Assembly: GCA_019057795.1 (NCBI GenBank)
Contig: JAHLWS010000082.1
Coordinates: forward strand, 96,001-160,000
From: Promethearchaeota archaeon
GTDB lineage: Archaea; Asgardarchaeota; Lokiarchaeia; Sigyniarchaeales; SOKP01
Direction of reading: 5' to 3'
Length of the DNA: 64,000 nucleotides
Below the pieces are notes generated by a model, which was given only the letters and a program-made list of their open reading frames with translations, ran no database searches and was not told the DNA's origin. A program made the translations under genes and the position numbers. Shown in pieces: positions 29,460 through 39,760 of the stretch. How positions within the stretch are numbered: position 1 is the stretch's first letter; each line of letters begins with the position of its first letter.

Positions 29460-29505
29460 TCATATAAATGTTATGAAAATTTATATGATAACCACTCTTT
29501 CACGA
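29460..29505 (+). repeat. attR candidate TTTATATGATA-ACCACTCT-TTCACGA with adjacent 10-bp IR (TCATATAAAT/ATTTATATGA)
   Basis: Read directly; the IR overlaps the TATA-like box of the RHH-int operon. Confidence 0.7.
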
Positions 29506-29535
29506 ACTTAGATCATATATTAAAAATATTTTAGT

Positions 29536-30549
29536 TTAGTCGAAATACGTCTTTACAGCGTGTACAAAAGATTTTATGTTTTTTATAGGTGTGTCTCCAG
29601 TAATTTCACATCCTGGTGCGACTATAAAGCGTGGATCACCTCTACTTGCATTTAAAGCTGCGTGAACTGCTACTTCAATTTCTTTTGGTGTGCCAGATGG
29701 AAGTAATTTAACATGATCAATATTTCCAGCCACACCTATCTTATGATCAAACAATTCTTGGGTTTTAGTAATGTCAACATATGGTCCAATGCTCAATGTA
29801 TTTAACCTATCAATTTTTTTAAGATAAGGCGCAACAACATTTAGATGTGACGTTATCTTTCCACACATATGAAGGATATTATAGTCATACACATTAAGGA
29901 TCTCAGGTAGATAATCTATACTGAATTCTTTTACATGAGTAGGTCTCAACATCTGAAGATCATGTTCACAGATTACAAAGATTGTTGCTCCAGCTTCTTT
30001 CAAAACAGAAATGTACTCCTTAATTATTTCAATAGTTCGTTTGACTATTTGGTGTACAAAATTAGGGTTTTTTACTAGCCTTCTTATCAAAGCTTTATAA
30101 GGCATTAGCTGTAAGCTAAAAGTTATTGGTCCCGTCATGAAAGCTGCTACAGGGACATTAGCTTCCTCGGCAAGAATTCGCGTGCCTTCAATCAAAACTC
30201 TTGTACTTTCTGTTAACATGAAATCTGGTATTTCTAATCTTTCTAAATCACTCTCTGATTCAATCACATATTTGGTAATCCAGGGGTTTTTATTAGGCGG
30301 ATAAGTAACTTCTGCCCCACAAGCTTCGGCAACCGGCCAGCTTGGTTCAACCTGAATTGTTGTTATATCATAACCATACAAATCCAATGCTTTTAGGTGA
30401 GCATTTGCAGCTTTTTTCGCATCCTTATACATACTATTATAAGTCAGCCTATTTATGATCCCCGCATGATCCCCGATTTGGGGAAATACTGGTGGTCGAT
30501 CAACTGAACGACCTTTCAAAGCAGCAAAAATACGATCAAATGAATCCAT
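29536..30549 (-). CDS. UroD/MtaA-family methylcobalamin-dependent methyltransferase-like protein
   Basis: DRPPV, AEACGA, ILHMCG, AGNID, APGCEI. Confidence 0.85.
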   Translation of the reverse strand: MDSFDRIFAALKGRSVDRPPVFPQIGDHAGIINRLTYNSMYKDAKKAANAHLKALDLYGYDITTIQVEPSWPVAEACGAEVTYPPNKNPWITKYVIESESDLERLEIPDFMLTESTRVLIEGTRILAEEANVPVAAFMTGPITFSLQLMPYKALIRRLVKNPNFVHQIVKRTIEIIKEYISVLKEAGATIFVICEHDLQMLRPTHVKEFSIDYLPEILNVYDYNILHMCGKITSHLNVVAPYLKKIDRLNTLSIGPYVDITKTQELFDHKIGVAGNIDHVKLLPSGTPKEIEVAVHAALNASRGDPRFIVAPGCEITGDTPIKNIKSFVHAVKTYFD

Positions 30550-30658
30550 TATGTATAATATTCACTTTAATTTATAAAAATAAAAATTAGAGACTAAATA
30601 AATCTAATATTTTTAAATAATTAAATATAAAATATTCTGAAGTTTTCTACTTCTGAAG

Positions 30659-31219
30659 ATGCCATTCTTTCAAATAAAATATGACGATGTTTATTTTGAT
30701 CCTAAAGTTCAGGAGATGTGTATTTCACCTAGTTTTAAGTGTCCTTTTTATGAGCATTCGTGGAGTTGTCCTCCAAATTCACCTTATCTTGAAAAAGCTA
30801 TGTCAACTTACACAGAATTTTATTTAATCTACTCTACATTTGATCTAGAAGAATACATAAAGAAAGAAAAGGAAAAGACAAACAGATCAGAATTTTTCAT
30901 TAAAAACACATTTTTGCTCACCAAAAGTTTCGAATTAAATGATTTGGAAACTGAATTCGATAAATTCTTAACCCAATATAATAAAAAGTATAAAAAACGA
31001 CTTCTTTTGTACGATGGGACATGTAAATACTGTAAAATTCAAAACGCGGGAAATTGCACCTTTGATTCTGGCGAACCATGCCGTTTTCCAAGAATGATAA
31101 GATATTCTATGGAAGCTGTAGGGATTGAAGTTATAAGGACAGTACTTGAACTGAATTTGGATGTTAAGTATCCCTCCAATAAATATTCATTTAGATTTGG
31201 CTTAGTTTGCTTTAAATAA
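30659..31219 (+). CDS. DUF2284-like metal-binding protein
   Basis: C..Y..SWSCPP, GTCKYC, CRFP...YSMEAVGI. Confidence 0.8.
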   Translation: MPFFQIKYDDVYFDPKVQEMCISPSFKCPFYEHSWSCPPNSPYLEKAMSTYTEFYLIYSTFDLEEYIKKEKEKTNRSEFFIKNTFLLTKSFELNDLETEFDKFLTQYNKKYKKRLLLYDGTCKYCKIQNAGNCTFDSGEPCRFPRMIRYSMEAVGIEVIRTVLELNLDVKYPSNKYSFRFGLVCFK

Positions 31220-31242
31220 AAAAAAAAATAAAATTAAAGTAA

Positions 31243-32511
31243 TTAATATTTTCCGTATTCCATTACAGCTTCAGTCATCGCTTTTACGTTTTCTACTTTC
31301 GCGTCGCCCATTCCATTAAATTCGGTTGTTACTATGTAACCCCCGCCAGGTTTGTACTTGTTTATCGTTTCTTTCATGTGATCTTTGACCTGTTGGGGCG
31401 TTCCACTAATGAGAAGTGATGAAAGGATGCCACCAGCGATACAATATTTATCTCCTACAACTTCTTTTACTTTTGATAGGTCTGTTTTATCAAACCAAAG
31501 AATTACTTTCCCTTCCGGAAGTTCCGTAAGAGTGTCTAATAAATGATCCATACGGCCTTGGAAGCATAAAAGAGGCGTAAAATCTGCTTCAATTAATTCG
31601 TTGACAATTCTTTTTATATAAGGGAAATGGAATTCCCTATATTGTTCAGGTGATAAATATGTATTATACCACGTCGGGCAGAACACCCTACGAGAGCCTG
31701 TTGTTTGCTTTGAGATAGCACCTGTCAATTTCCCCACCGCTGCTAGTACGCCAGTTAAGGCATCACAAGCTGCTTTGACTTTCTCGGGCATTCTATAGAG
31801 ATCTAATGTAAGTTTATCAAAATCTCTTAACCATGCTCCAATAAAATCTAATGGATTTGGAGTCAAAGCTAAATACCATGGAAGCCAAGCCTCTTCTTTC
31901 ATTTTCCCAATAAATTCCCCGAAAAAAGCTGGAAATTTAGCAAGTTCTTGACCCATCTTTAATAAAGTACCTACTCCTGTTGGAGAATCTAAATTTGCTA
32001 AATTCTTATATGCTCTCGGCACAACGGTTTTCATGAGAAATTCAAAGGGTTGCTCTATAAGGCTATCGTATTCATCATCGTTCATAACGGGCTTGTCCAT
32101 AACGAATTGTGATTCAACATTTTTTCCTACTTCTCTACCTGGATTTGAAGAGTAAACATCAGCTAAAATATCGTGTGATGCACCTCCAGCTAGAACGGAA
32201 GAGACAGCAACTCCTATAGCTAAATCGGCATCATATCCTGCTAACGCTAGTCCCAGAGGTACGCTTTCAAATGATCGAAGGGAATTATATCCATCCCAGT
32301 TAAAATCTCTAGCGAATTTAGCCATGACTTCTATGTATTTATTATTATCATGGAACATATCCTCATAACTTACTCCAGCATATTTTGCGGGAAAATAAGT
32401 CGTGTTTATCGCTATAGGAACTCTATCCGGTTCTTTTGCTGCTGCTGCGGTTTCTAATCTCTCTAATTTCGCTTTATAAATTTCTTCAGCATTGTCCATT
32501 ATTCTAGGCAC
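31243..32511 (-). CDS. Uroporphyrinogen decarboxylase-family (methyltransferase-like) protein
   Basis: EPDRVP, DLYRMPEKV, CIAGG...GTP, PGGGYI. Confidence 0.85.
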   Translation of the reverse strand: MPRIMDNAEEIYKAKLERLETAAAAKEPDRVPIAINTTYFPAKYAGVSYEDMFHDNNKYIEVMAKFARDFNWDGYNSLRSFESVPLGLALAGYDADLAIGVAVSSVLAGGASHDILADVYSSNPGREVGKNVESQFVMDKPVMNDDEYDSLIEQPFEFLMKTVVPRAYKNLANLDSPTGVGTLLKMGQELAKFPAFFGEFIGKMKEEAWLPWYLALTPNPLDFIGAWLRDFDKLTLDLYRMPEKVKAACDALTGVLAAVGKLTGAISKQTTGSRRVFCPTWYNTYLSPEQYREFHFPYIKRIVNELIEADFTPLLCFQGRMDHLLDTLTELPEGKVILWFDKTDLSKVKEVVGDKYCIAGGILSSLLISGTPQQVKDHMKETINKYKPGGGYIVTTEFNGMGDAKVENVKAMTEAVMEYGKY

Positions 32512-33127
32512 CTCCTACCCAATTTTTGATTATTTTTACACCATCTATTACATCATTAACCCAAGCATCCGCCCCTACATAATCACAAACACTCTGATCC
32601 GTCCGTTCTCCTCCAATTATGACTTTTACTTTCTCTCTTAAATTACCACTTGCAATTGTTTCTATAGCATTCTTCATAGGCTCTATTGATAATGTAAGCA
32701 ACCCACTCATACCTACAACAAGTGGATTATGTTCTTTAATCGCATCTACAAATTTCTGAGCGGGAACATCTACACCTAAATCAATAACCTCAAAACCTTC
32801 AGCTTTTAAGAAGTTAATTGCTATATCTTTCCCTATATTATGTATGTCTCCCTCTACTGTTCCTATGACTACCTTTCCCAAACTTTCAGTAGCAGCTCCA
32901 ACTAATTTTGGCATTAATAGTTCCATAGCTTGATTGAAAATCTCTCCTGCCATAATTAGGTCTGTTAAAAATATTGTATCACCAGATCCTTTGCCTATCT
33001 CTGTCATACCTATTCTACATGCTTCCAAAACTTTGATGGGATCTTCACCAGCATCAAGTTTTTCTTTTACTAATTTTAAAACCTTTTCTTCCTCTAAATT
33101 TGTAATTGCTTCAGATATTTCATTCAT
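32504..33127 (-). CDS. Corrinoid (B12-binding) protein, MtaC/MttC-like
   Basis: GTVEGDIHNIGK (DxHxxG), DLGVDVP, SGLLT, IIGG. Confidence 0.92.
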   Translation of the reverse strand: MNEISEAITNLEEEKVLKLVKEKLDAGEDPIKVLEACRIGMTEIGKGSGDTIFLTDLIMAGEIFNQAMELLMPKLVGAATESLGKVVIGTVEGDIHNIGKDIAINFLKAEGFEVIDLGVDVPAQKFVDAIKEHNPLVVGMSGLLTLSIEPMKNAIETIASGNLREKVKVIIGGERTDQSVCDYVGADAWVNDVIDGVKIIKNWVGGA

Positions 33128-33373
33128 ACTTATTTTACCTCACTTTAAGTTAATATTATAATACGAAAAAAAGTATTGCATTCGAATTTTTTTTTTAGGC
33201 TTTAAACTTTTTTCTTATATCTCATAAATAGGAAACTTATCCTATTAAATAAATTTTACCAGATTTGAAGTCTAGTTAAACATTTATCAATATTCAATAA
33301 GCTTTGCATAAAAATTGAAGATATTTCCCCAATATCGAGTTTTTTAGAAACTTTTTCAGGAGAATATTAAATT

Positions 33374-33712
33374 TTAGTATTCACGCCAAGTATATTTACA
33401 CTTAATGCATCTAAAAAAAGATGTACTTGGTTCGTCGGCACTTCGAGTTTGTTCTTGCCAAGCCTCTGCTTCTCTATAACCGCATTTTGGACAATCTTGC
33501 TTAACTTTTAGGTGGACAGAAATTTTATCTTCTTCTGAGACAATAATTAGATTTTTTTCTAAAGCTTCTTTTTTTCTATTAATAATCTCGTTAATTTGTT
33601 CTATGCTTTGCTCTAATTCTTTTTGATAACCACACTTACAAGCTAAAGTTGATTTTCCATCCAAAACTTCTTTACGTAAAAGACTTGAACATTCCGGACA
33701 AAATTCGACCAT
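33374..33712 (-). CDS. tfs: Transcription factor S (TFS/RpoM)
   Basis: FCPEC..C.CGY; CPKCG...QTRSADEP...C.KC with intact DE. Confidence 0.93.
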   Translation of the reverse strand: MVEFCPECSSLLRKEVLDGKSTLACKCGYQKELEQSIEQINEIINRKKEALEKNLIIVSEEDKISVHLKVKQDCPKCGYREAEAWQEQTRSADEPSTSFFRCIKCKYTWREY

Positions 33713-33887
33713 TTAATCACAGTTAAACTTATTATTGTTCCTTAACTTTTCTAAATAAGCATATCTAATAAAATTTTTGCTTTTAAAAGATTATTTACTT
33801 TAAGAAATTAGAAATTAACTAATTCTAACAAGTTTGCTATATTTTTTATTGAAAATCAGAATCATTTTAGATAGTTTATGGATAAAA

Positions 33888-34211
33888 TTAAACTAATTTT
33901 AACTCTTTTTTGATTTCATACAGCTTTAGATAATATTCAAAGTTAAGATTACTTTTATCTTGTATAATTTCTGCTTCTACTTCCTTTTCTCCTTCTATCT
34001 TAAAGTTTAACTTACCAATAACATTAATTAGATTATTTATTTGAAAAGGATATTCAACTGCTTGTATATCGACCTTTATTTCTTCAGTTTTATCGTTCAA
34101 AATAATGTAGTCATTTTCAACGATATCCTTAACGTAACCCGTTATTTGAATTCGAATATCGGAGTTTTTTATATCTTTAATCGTCCTTTGAATTGCAACG
34201 TCGCGAACCAT
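33888..34211 (-). CDS. Single OB-fold protein (RPA14/RPA3-like candidate)
   Basis: IKDI...IQITG.V....ILND.T..I.V....INVIG OB pattern. Confidence 0.6.
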   Translation of the reverse strand: MVRDVAIQRTIKDIKNSDIRIQITGYVKDIVENDYIILNDKTEEIKVDIQAVEYPFQINNLINVIGKLNFKIEGEKEVEAEIIQDKSNLNFEYYLKLYEIKKELKLV

Positions 34212-34384
34212 TTTATTAGGAATTTTTTTTTTTTTATATAGATCTAAAAATTTATGGGGGCTATAAATAATTAATTCAAAAATTACAAATAAGTATTATT
34301 AAAGGTCTAATACTGAATTTTATAAATATTGGTAATAAAACAATATTATTATAAATTAGCAATCAATAAAAGTACTGATTAAAT

Positions 34385-35188
34385 ATGTCATTTACTCTTA
34401 GGTTAGATAATAGTAGGATATTAAAGGTAATTACAGAAACGCTTTCAAGTATTATTGATGAAACTGAATTTAAAGTTACTCCTAAGGAATTTATTATTAC
34501 AGCAATGGATCCAAGTCGAATCTGTCTGTTAAAATTGTCTATAAAAAAAGAAAGTTTTGACGATTATAAATGTAGCAAGGAAACTAAAATTGGTTTAAAT
34601 TTAGACGATTTAGATAAAATACTGAAGAGAAGTGCTTCTAACGACTCTCTTGAGATCGATTTTAAAGAGACCGACCAAAAAATCAAAATAAAAATGGAAA
34701 GAGAAGGAAAAAGTCGTTCACGAACTTTCAGTTTAGCTTTAATTGATCTTGATAGGGAAGAAATTCCTATGGAAAACTTGTTAAAAATCGAGTACCCAGC
34801 TAAATGGGTTATAGATACGGATTTTCTTATAGAAGCAATAAAAGACGCTGAAATTTATTCGGAAATACTTAATATGAAAGCTATTAAAGATGAAGGATTA
34901 CTTTTTAGCTCAACGGGACAAATCGGTGAAATGGAGTATAGTATTAGCACAGATGATTTAATTCAGAGTGATATCGAGGAAACTTGTAGTGGAGCGTATA
35001 GTCTTACCTTTTTGAAAGCAATTCTAAAAATGGCTCCGATAACTGAAAAACTAGAGGTATCTTTAAAAACAGATCACCCTTTAAAAATGAGTTTTGGTCT
35101 TTTAGAGGGCGGTGAATTAAGTTATTTCCTCGCGCCTCGTGTCGAAGAAGCTGACTTTGACGACGACGACGATATGGATGAATTCTAA
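34385..35188 (+). CDS. pcn: PCNA sliding clamp
   Basis: AMDPSRI, GLNLDDL.KILKR, YFLAPRVE. Confidence 0.97.
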   Translation: MSFTLRLDNSRILKVITETLSSIIDETEFKVTPKEFIITAMDPSRICLLKLSIKKESFDDYKCSKETKIGLNLDDLDKILKRSASNDSLEIDFKETDQKIKIKMEREGKSRSRTFSLALIDLDREEIPMENLLKIEYPAKWVIDTDFLIEAIKDAEIYSEILNMKAIKDEGLLFSSTGQIGEMEYSISTDDLIQSDIEETCSGAYSLTFLKAILKMAPITEKLEVSLKTDHPLKMSFGLLEGGELSYFLAPRVEEADFDDDDDMDEF

Positions 35189-35312
35189 GATTTTTCCATC
35201 AATTGTTTTGAAAACGATAATAAACCAATTAACTCTTTGCGGTTAAATTGGAAAACTCCTATATCAATTATATGTACTTATTTTATATTTAAAAAGTAAG
35301 GTAAGAGAAGCT

Positions 35313-36527
35313 TTGAGCATACCAACTGATTTAGTAAACCGTTATCCTTGGCTTCCTTCTTTAAAACGTTTTTATTCTGATATTGCCGATAAACTCCCTT
35401 CTGAATTTATTTCTGATATTTTTTCTAAAAGCGATAGTAAGCAAATTTCTGAACATATTCTTATAATTTTTGAATCTGCTTTTAATAATTTGGAAGATAT
35501 CCCGAATTTAAAGGACGAAAACTTGTCTATCCAAGTATATATTTTACTTAATATTTTAGTTTATACCCTAGATAATAAGTTAATAACAAATAGAATCGCG
35601 AATTTGTATTCTAAGGATGCTTATAGCAAGATGGAACGAGATAACAGCGAATCGGCTCTTTACGATATATGTTTAGATTTGGAATTGAGAGTTAATTTTT
35701 ATGATCCTCCCATTAGATATGGAAATAAAATGTTAAAAGATAATCGTGAAAAACAAGTAACTAACTTTACTATTTACTATATTGATTATCTTAAACTTGC
35801 TTCACATTTACGAGATGAATACAGAAAATTAGCCCATAATCCACTAGAAAATGGTTATGTGTACATTAAAAATAGAAGTTTAATGCGTTTGATACAAGAA
35901 TATGTTAGAAATAAAATCCTTATTGAAGAGACGGAAGATAAAGCCTCATTAAAATCATTTCTTGAAGAAGTTCTTAAAATTCAAGAATTTAAAGAACTAT
36001 ATGAAAAAATCAATAGTATTTGGGCAAAGAGAAAAGAAGATTTTGATTTTACATTTAAAATCGATATTACTGGTAAAACTGATATTCTGAAGCTTTATCC
36101 TCCGTGTGTAAAGGAAATCTTAAAAAAAGCTGGGGAAGGACAAAATTTAGTGCATTATGAACGGCTCTTTATAGTTTGGTTTTTACTCGCTTTAGAGTAT
36201 CCAGTTGAAAAAGTTGTAGATGTATTTTCTACTTTACCTGATTTTGATAGAGAAAAAACTAATTATCAAGTAGAATATGCAAAGAAAAAAAAATACGTTC
36301 CATATCAGTGTTCTACTTTACAATCAATTACCCTTTGTATGAAAGAGAAATATAAAGATAAGCTGTGTCAAGAAGGATACGGTTCAAAAGAACTAACTGA
36401 GAGAAAAAAATTAAATCATCCTTTAAATTATGTCAGAATAAAACAATACAGAGATGAGAAAGAAGAAGAATACCTTAAAAATAAGGCAAAAAGAGAACTG
36501 GAGGAATCACAGAAGCAAAATGGTTGA
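35313..36527 (+). CDS. priL: DNA primase large subunit
   Basis: YPPCV, NL.H.ER, PDFD...T.YQV, Fe-S cysteines, HPL.Y. Confidence 0.9.
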   Translation: MSIPTDLVNRYPWLPSLKRFYSDIADKLPSEFISDIFSKSDSKQISEHILIIFESAFNNLEDIPNLKDENLSIQVYILLNILVYTLDNKLITNRIANLYSKDAYSKMERDNSESALYDICLDLELRVNFYDPPIRYGNKMLKDNREKQVTNFTIYYIDYLKLASHLRDEYRKLAHNPLENGYVYIKNRSLMRLIQEYVRNKILIEETEDKASLKSFLEEVLKIQEFKELYEKINSIWAKRKEDFDFTFKIDITGKTDILKLYPPCVKEILKKAGEGQNLVHYERLFIVWFLLALEYPVEKVVDVFSTLPDFDREKTNYQVEYAKKKKYVPYQCSTLQSITLCMKEKYKDKLCQEGYGSKELTERKKLNHPLNYVRIKQYRDEKEEEYLKNKAKRELEESQKQNG

Positions 36528-37803
36528 ATACACATATCTAAAAAGGTTATTTCAAGCCTATTACCAAGAAAAACAATTTGATCTCCCTAAAGTAAGTTCT
36601 TTCAACTTAAGGGAATTTGGTTTAATCCCTTGGGAAAAAAAAGTTTTTATGAAGAGACATATGAGTTTTGATAATCTGGATAATCTAAGATATTATTTAA
36701 TAAAGGATGCTCCAAGACACTTATATTCCAGTGGTTCACTTTATCTAAAACCTGATGCACGAGATATGAATAATAAAGAGTACCAAGGGTGTGATTTTAT
36801 TATTGATATTGATGTCGATCACTTCTATACTCCATGTAAAGATCAACACGATCTATGGACTTGTAAAGATTGTGGAGATGAGGGAACAGGCATGCCGAAA
36901 ATTTGCCCAAAATGTAAGGGTTCAAAGTTTACTAAAGTCAGTTGGGTGTGTGATCAATGTTTAGATGCTGCTAAAAACGAGATTACTAAATTAATTTCTA
37001 ATTATCTTAGCCCCGATTTTGGAATTGAAGAAAAAGATATGAAAATTGCGTTTTCAGGTCACAGAGGATATCACCTTAAAATTGAAAGTGAAGAGCTTAG
37101 AAAACTCACTAGTGAGGAAAGGAGAGAAATTGTAGATTACATCACCGGAGAAAATATAAATTTTGAAATTTTAGGATTAAATGAAAGATCTAACATAATC
37201 TACGGACTGCTGGTGAACAACATTGGATGGTCCCAAAAAATAATGAATAAAGTTATTGAAGTATTAAAACAGCCTAAAAATATAGTAAAAAATATGCTTT
37301 TAGATGAAAATTTATTTGATTTCACGCCATTTTATGTTAGAAGCTTTTTAAACTATAAAGATGATTTCCTAGAGCTAATTACTAAAGGAGAAAGAAATGT
37401 TTGGGCTATTGAAGGCTTTGGTTTAACTAATTGGAAGAAACTCCTAAGAGGAATTGTTAAACAAATAGGAGTTGAATTAGACGAGCCGGTATCAATAGAT
37501 ATACATCGACTCATACGATATCCTGGATCGTTACATGGAAAAACAGGATTTAAAGTTCAAGAAATTGAATTAAATGAACTTGACGGTTTTAACCCTTTAG
37601 ATGAATCTAATGAGAAATTAGATCCAATCGTGTTTAAAAGTAAAAAAAAATTGACCCAAAAATTAGAAATAGTGGAAAATAAATTACCAATCACTAAAAT
37701 CAAGGGTGAATCGTTTGGTCCCTATGTCAAAGGTGAAAAAATAGAAGTTCCTCACCACATTGCAGTATTTTTATTATGTAAAGAAGTTGCTAAAACTATT
37801 TAA
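36520..37803 (+). CDS. priS: DNA primase small subunit (zinc-ribbon insert, C-terminal GINS-B-like domain)
   Basis: REFG, DIDVD, FSGHRGYH, D.HRLIR.PGSLHGKTG; likely start MVEY at 36520. Confidence 0.95.
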   Translation: MVEYTYLKRLFQAYYQEKQFDLPKVSSFNLREFGLIPWEKKVFMKRHMSFDNLDNLRYYLIKDAPRHLYSSGSLYLKPDARDMNNKEYQGCDFIIDIDVDHFYTPCKDQHDLWTCKDCGDEGTGMPKICPKCKGSKFTKVSWVCDQCLDAAKNEITKLISNYLSPDFGIEEKDMKIAFSGHRGYHLKIESEELRKLTSEERREIVDYITGENINFEILGLNERSNIIYGLLVNNIGWSQKIMNKVIEVLKQPKNIVKNMLLDENLFDFTPFYVRSFLNYKDDFLELITKGERNVWAIEGFGLTNWKKLLRGIVKQIGVELDEPVSIDIHRLIRYPGSLHGKTGFKVQEIELNELDGFNPLDESNEKLDPIVFKSKKKLTQKLEIVENKLPITKIKGESFGPYVKGEKIEVPHHIAVFLLCKEVAKTI

Positions 37804-37855
37804 GTTAAAATATTATTAGGTAATATCCTTCATTATATCAATAGATTTAAAAATT

Positions 37856-38554
37856 TTGATGTTCATGAATTTAAAAGCTGATTACAAGAGACTTTATCAA
37901 CATTGGCTTAAGGAATTTGAGCAAACTGCCTTAGCACGCTTAACTCAAGAGGATTTTAATTATTTTAGTAAAATTGTTAAACATATCAAGAAATTTGAGC
38001 TAGAAAATAAACAAAAAGTTAAACTTCAATTATTAAATTCATACAAAGAGAATTTCAATTTTTTATTTACTGATTTCTTAAAAATTCGAGAGTTAAAATT
38101 ATTAAATGCGGCTTTAATACTTCAAGAGATTGATTTTAACGACGTTATAGAAGCAGAAAAGCTTTTCTATCAAAATTTAATTAGTTCCATCAAAGGGTTT
38201 AAAAAGCTTAAGAAAATCGCATTATACGACGATAACGAGTCCCTTGAATTGGAAGAAATTTTTGAAAAAGAAAATGTCATAGTTGAGCCTACACTAGTAG
38301 AAAAAGTTAAAGATGACGAAAAAAATATCGTTCCTATTGATGACATTTCAGAAAAATCAAAAACAATTCAAACTAATCAATCAGCTCAATATAAATACAC
38401 TCTCATTCGATTTATCAGCCCTTCCCCTCCCTTAGTTGGAATCGATGGATTTAATTATGGACCTTTTCAGGAAGATGATATCGCTAATTTACCATATAAA
38501 AACGCGAAAATTCTTATTTATGAGAAATTCGCAGAAAAAATAGATTTAATTTAA
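37856..38554 (+). CDS. GINS subunit Gins51 (Gins15)
   Basis: Helical A domain + B domain VGIDG..YGPF...DIANLP..NA; follows priS. Confidence 0.85.
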   Translation: MMFMNLKADYKRLYQHWLKEFEQTALARLTQEDFNYFSKIVKHIKKFELENKQKVKLQLLNSYKENFNFLFTDFLKIRELKLLNAALILQEIDFNDVIEAEKLFYQNLISSIKGFKKLKKIALYDDNESLELEEIFEKENVIVEPTLVEKVKDDEKNIVPIDDISEKSKTIQTNQSAQYKYTLIRFISPSPPLVGIDGFNYGPFQEDDIANLPYKNAKILIYEKFAEKIDLI

Positions 38555-38742
38555 CTTTTTTCAAACCTTTTCTTAAATTCCTCTTTAAAATATAAAATGC
38601 GATATTTCCCATACTTATCGATTAAAGAAAATTTTGGTGGTTTAGGATTAATCAATTTCCCACCGCAATATCTACATTTAGATTCTGGATTAATCAATCC
38701 ATATCTACTGCAATCGCTACATTTTTGGAGGTATTTTGTCAA
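38551..38742 (-). CDS. nop10: H/ACA RNP protein Nop10
   Basis: C..C..Y...C..CGG...PPKFS..DKYGKYR. Confidence 0.92.
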   Translation of the reverse strand: MTKYLQKCSDCSRYGLINPESKCRYCGGKLINPKPPKFSLIDKYGKYRILYFKEEFKKRFEKS

Positions 38743-38772
38743 CTTTATTACAAATCTCTGTTTATTTAGGTA

Positions 38773-39597
38773 TTAATCTCGTATAAACTCATAATTTCCG
38801 TTATTTTGTAGTGTTAATTTCTCAAGAACCTCTAGTGCATCTGATAGGATATTTTCTGCGTCTAGATAATCTTTAGAGACTACTTCTAATCTATAAAACG
38901 GTGCTCCGATATATGATAAAGTTAACTTTCTCGTCTCCGTTGGAGTATCAACTACTTTTAAAACTTCATTCAATGTTTCTTTAATTTTGTCTACACCATC
39001 TCCACTTGTGTTAACAAGTTTTAATTTTCCAATTATGTTTACTGTGGAGATCTCAACATTCTCATCAACAATTTTCAAGAAAGCTTGTTTGACTTCTTCG
39101 GGAATGTTTTCAAGATCGTCCAAAATCTCTTTCCCTTCTTCTTTAAGAGCTTCAATAGCTTCTTGGTAAAAATCAAACTGTTCTTTTATAGGCCAGCCAA
39201 TGAGCTCGTACGCTTCGCCCATACTTATATCGATACCCTCTGTTTCCGTTAAAAACTGTAGTAAATTTTCGTATTTACTCGCGTATTTATGTTCCTTTAC
39301 TATCAGAGCTTTTTGGGCAGAGTTTACGCGTCTTAAGGATAAATCAATCTGTCCCTTATCAGGTACAACTTTTACAACTCTTAATACGATTCTTTGGTTT
39401 ATTCTCACTATGCTCCTAATGTTTTTAACCCATCTACTCGAAATCTCACTAATATGTATCATTCCTCTTGCGCATTCTTCTGAAGGTAAGCCATCGAAAT
39501 CAGGTAAATCCACGTAAATATACTGATGTTGAATGTCAACAACACGACCCATAATAAAAGCGCCTTCTCGAGGAAACGGGAGTCTATTCTTTACCAT
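38773..39597 (-). CDS. eif2a: Translation initiation factor 2 alpha subunit
   Basis: S1 domain HISEISSRWVKNIR, KGQIDLSLRRV, YIGAP.YR. Confidence 0.95.
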   Translation of the reverse strand: MVKNRLPFPREGAFIMGRVVDIQHQYIYVDLPDFDGLPSEECARGMIHISEISSRWVKNIRSIVRINQRIVLRVVKVVPDKGQIDLSLRRVNSAQKALIVKEHKYASKYENLLQFLTETEGIDISMGEAYELIGWPIKEQFDFYQEAIEALKEEGKEILDDLENIPEEVKQAFLKIVDENVEISTVNIIGKLKLVNTSGDGVDKIKETLNEVLKVVDTPTETRKLTLSYIGAPFYRLEVVSKDYLDAENILSDALEVLEKLTLQNNGNYEFIRD

Positions 39598-39760
39598 AAT
39601 ATCTATCAGATTATTTGAATATTATTTTGATTTATAATAAATTAACAAATTATGACTTTTTACTTTTATTATCTTATTTAATAAAAAAGATTATTTTTTA
39701 TCTCATCTTTTCAAATATATCATAAATATAATTTAAAACTGTTCCTTAAGTGATCTAAAA

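Larger units (their letters stand above)
19376..29499. mobile_element. Integrated tyrosine-recombinase element (~10.1 kb), integrative plasmid/transposon-like
   Basis: AACCACTCTT direct repeat at 19376-19385 and 29490-29499; integrase at right end; small HTH/RHH genes and no housekeeping genes inside. Confidence 0.8.

Noticed and set aside
19376-29499. Provirus or conjugative element
   Set aside because: No capsid, terminase/packaging ATPase, VirB4 or relaxase motif recognised.
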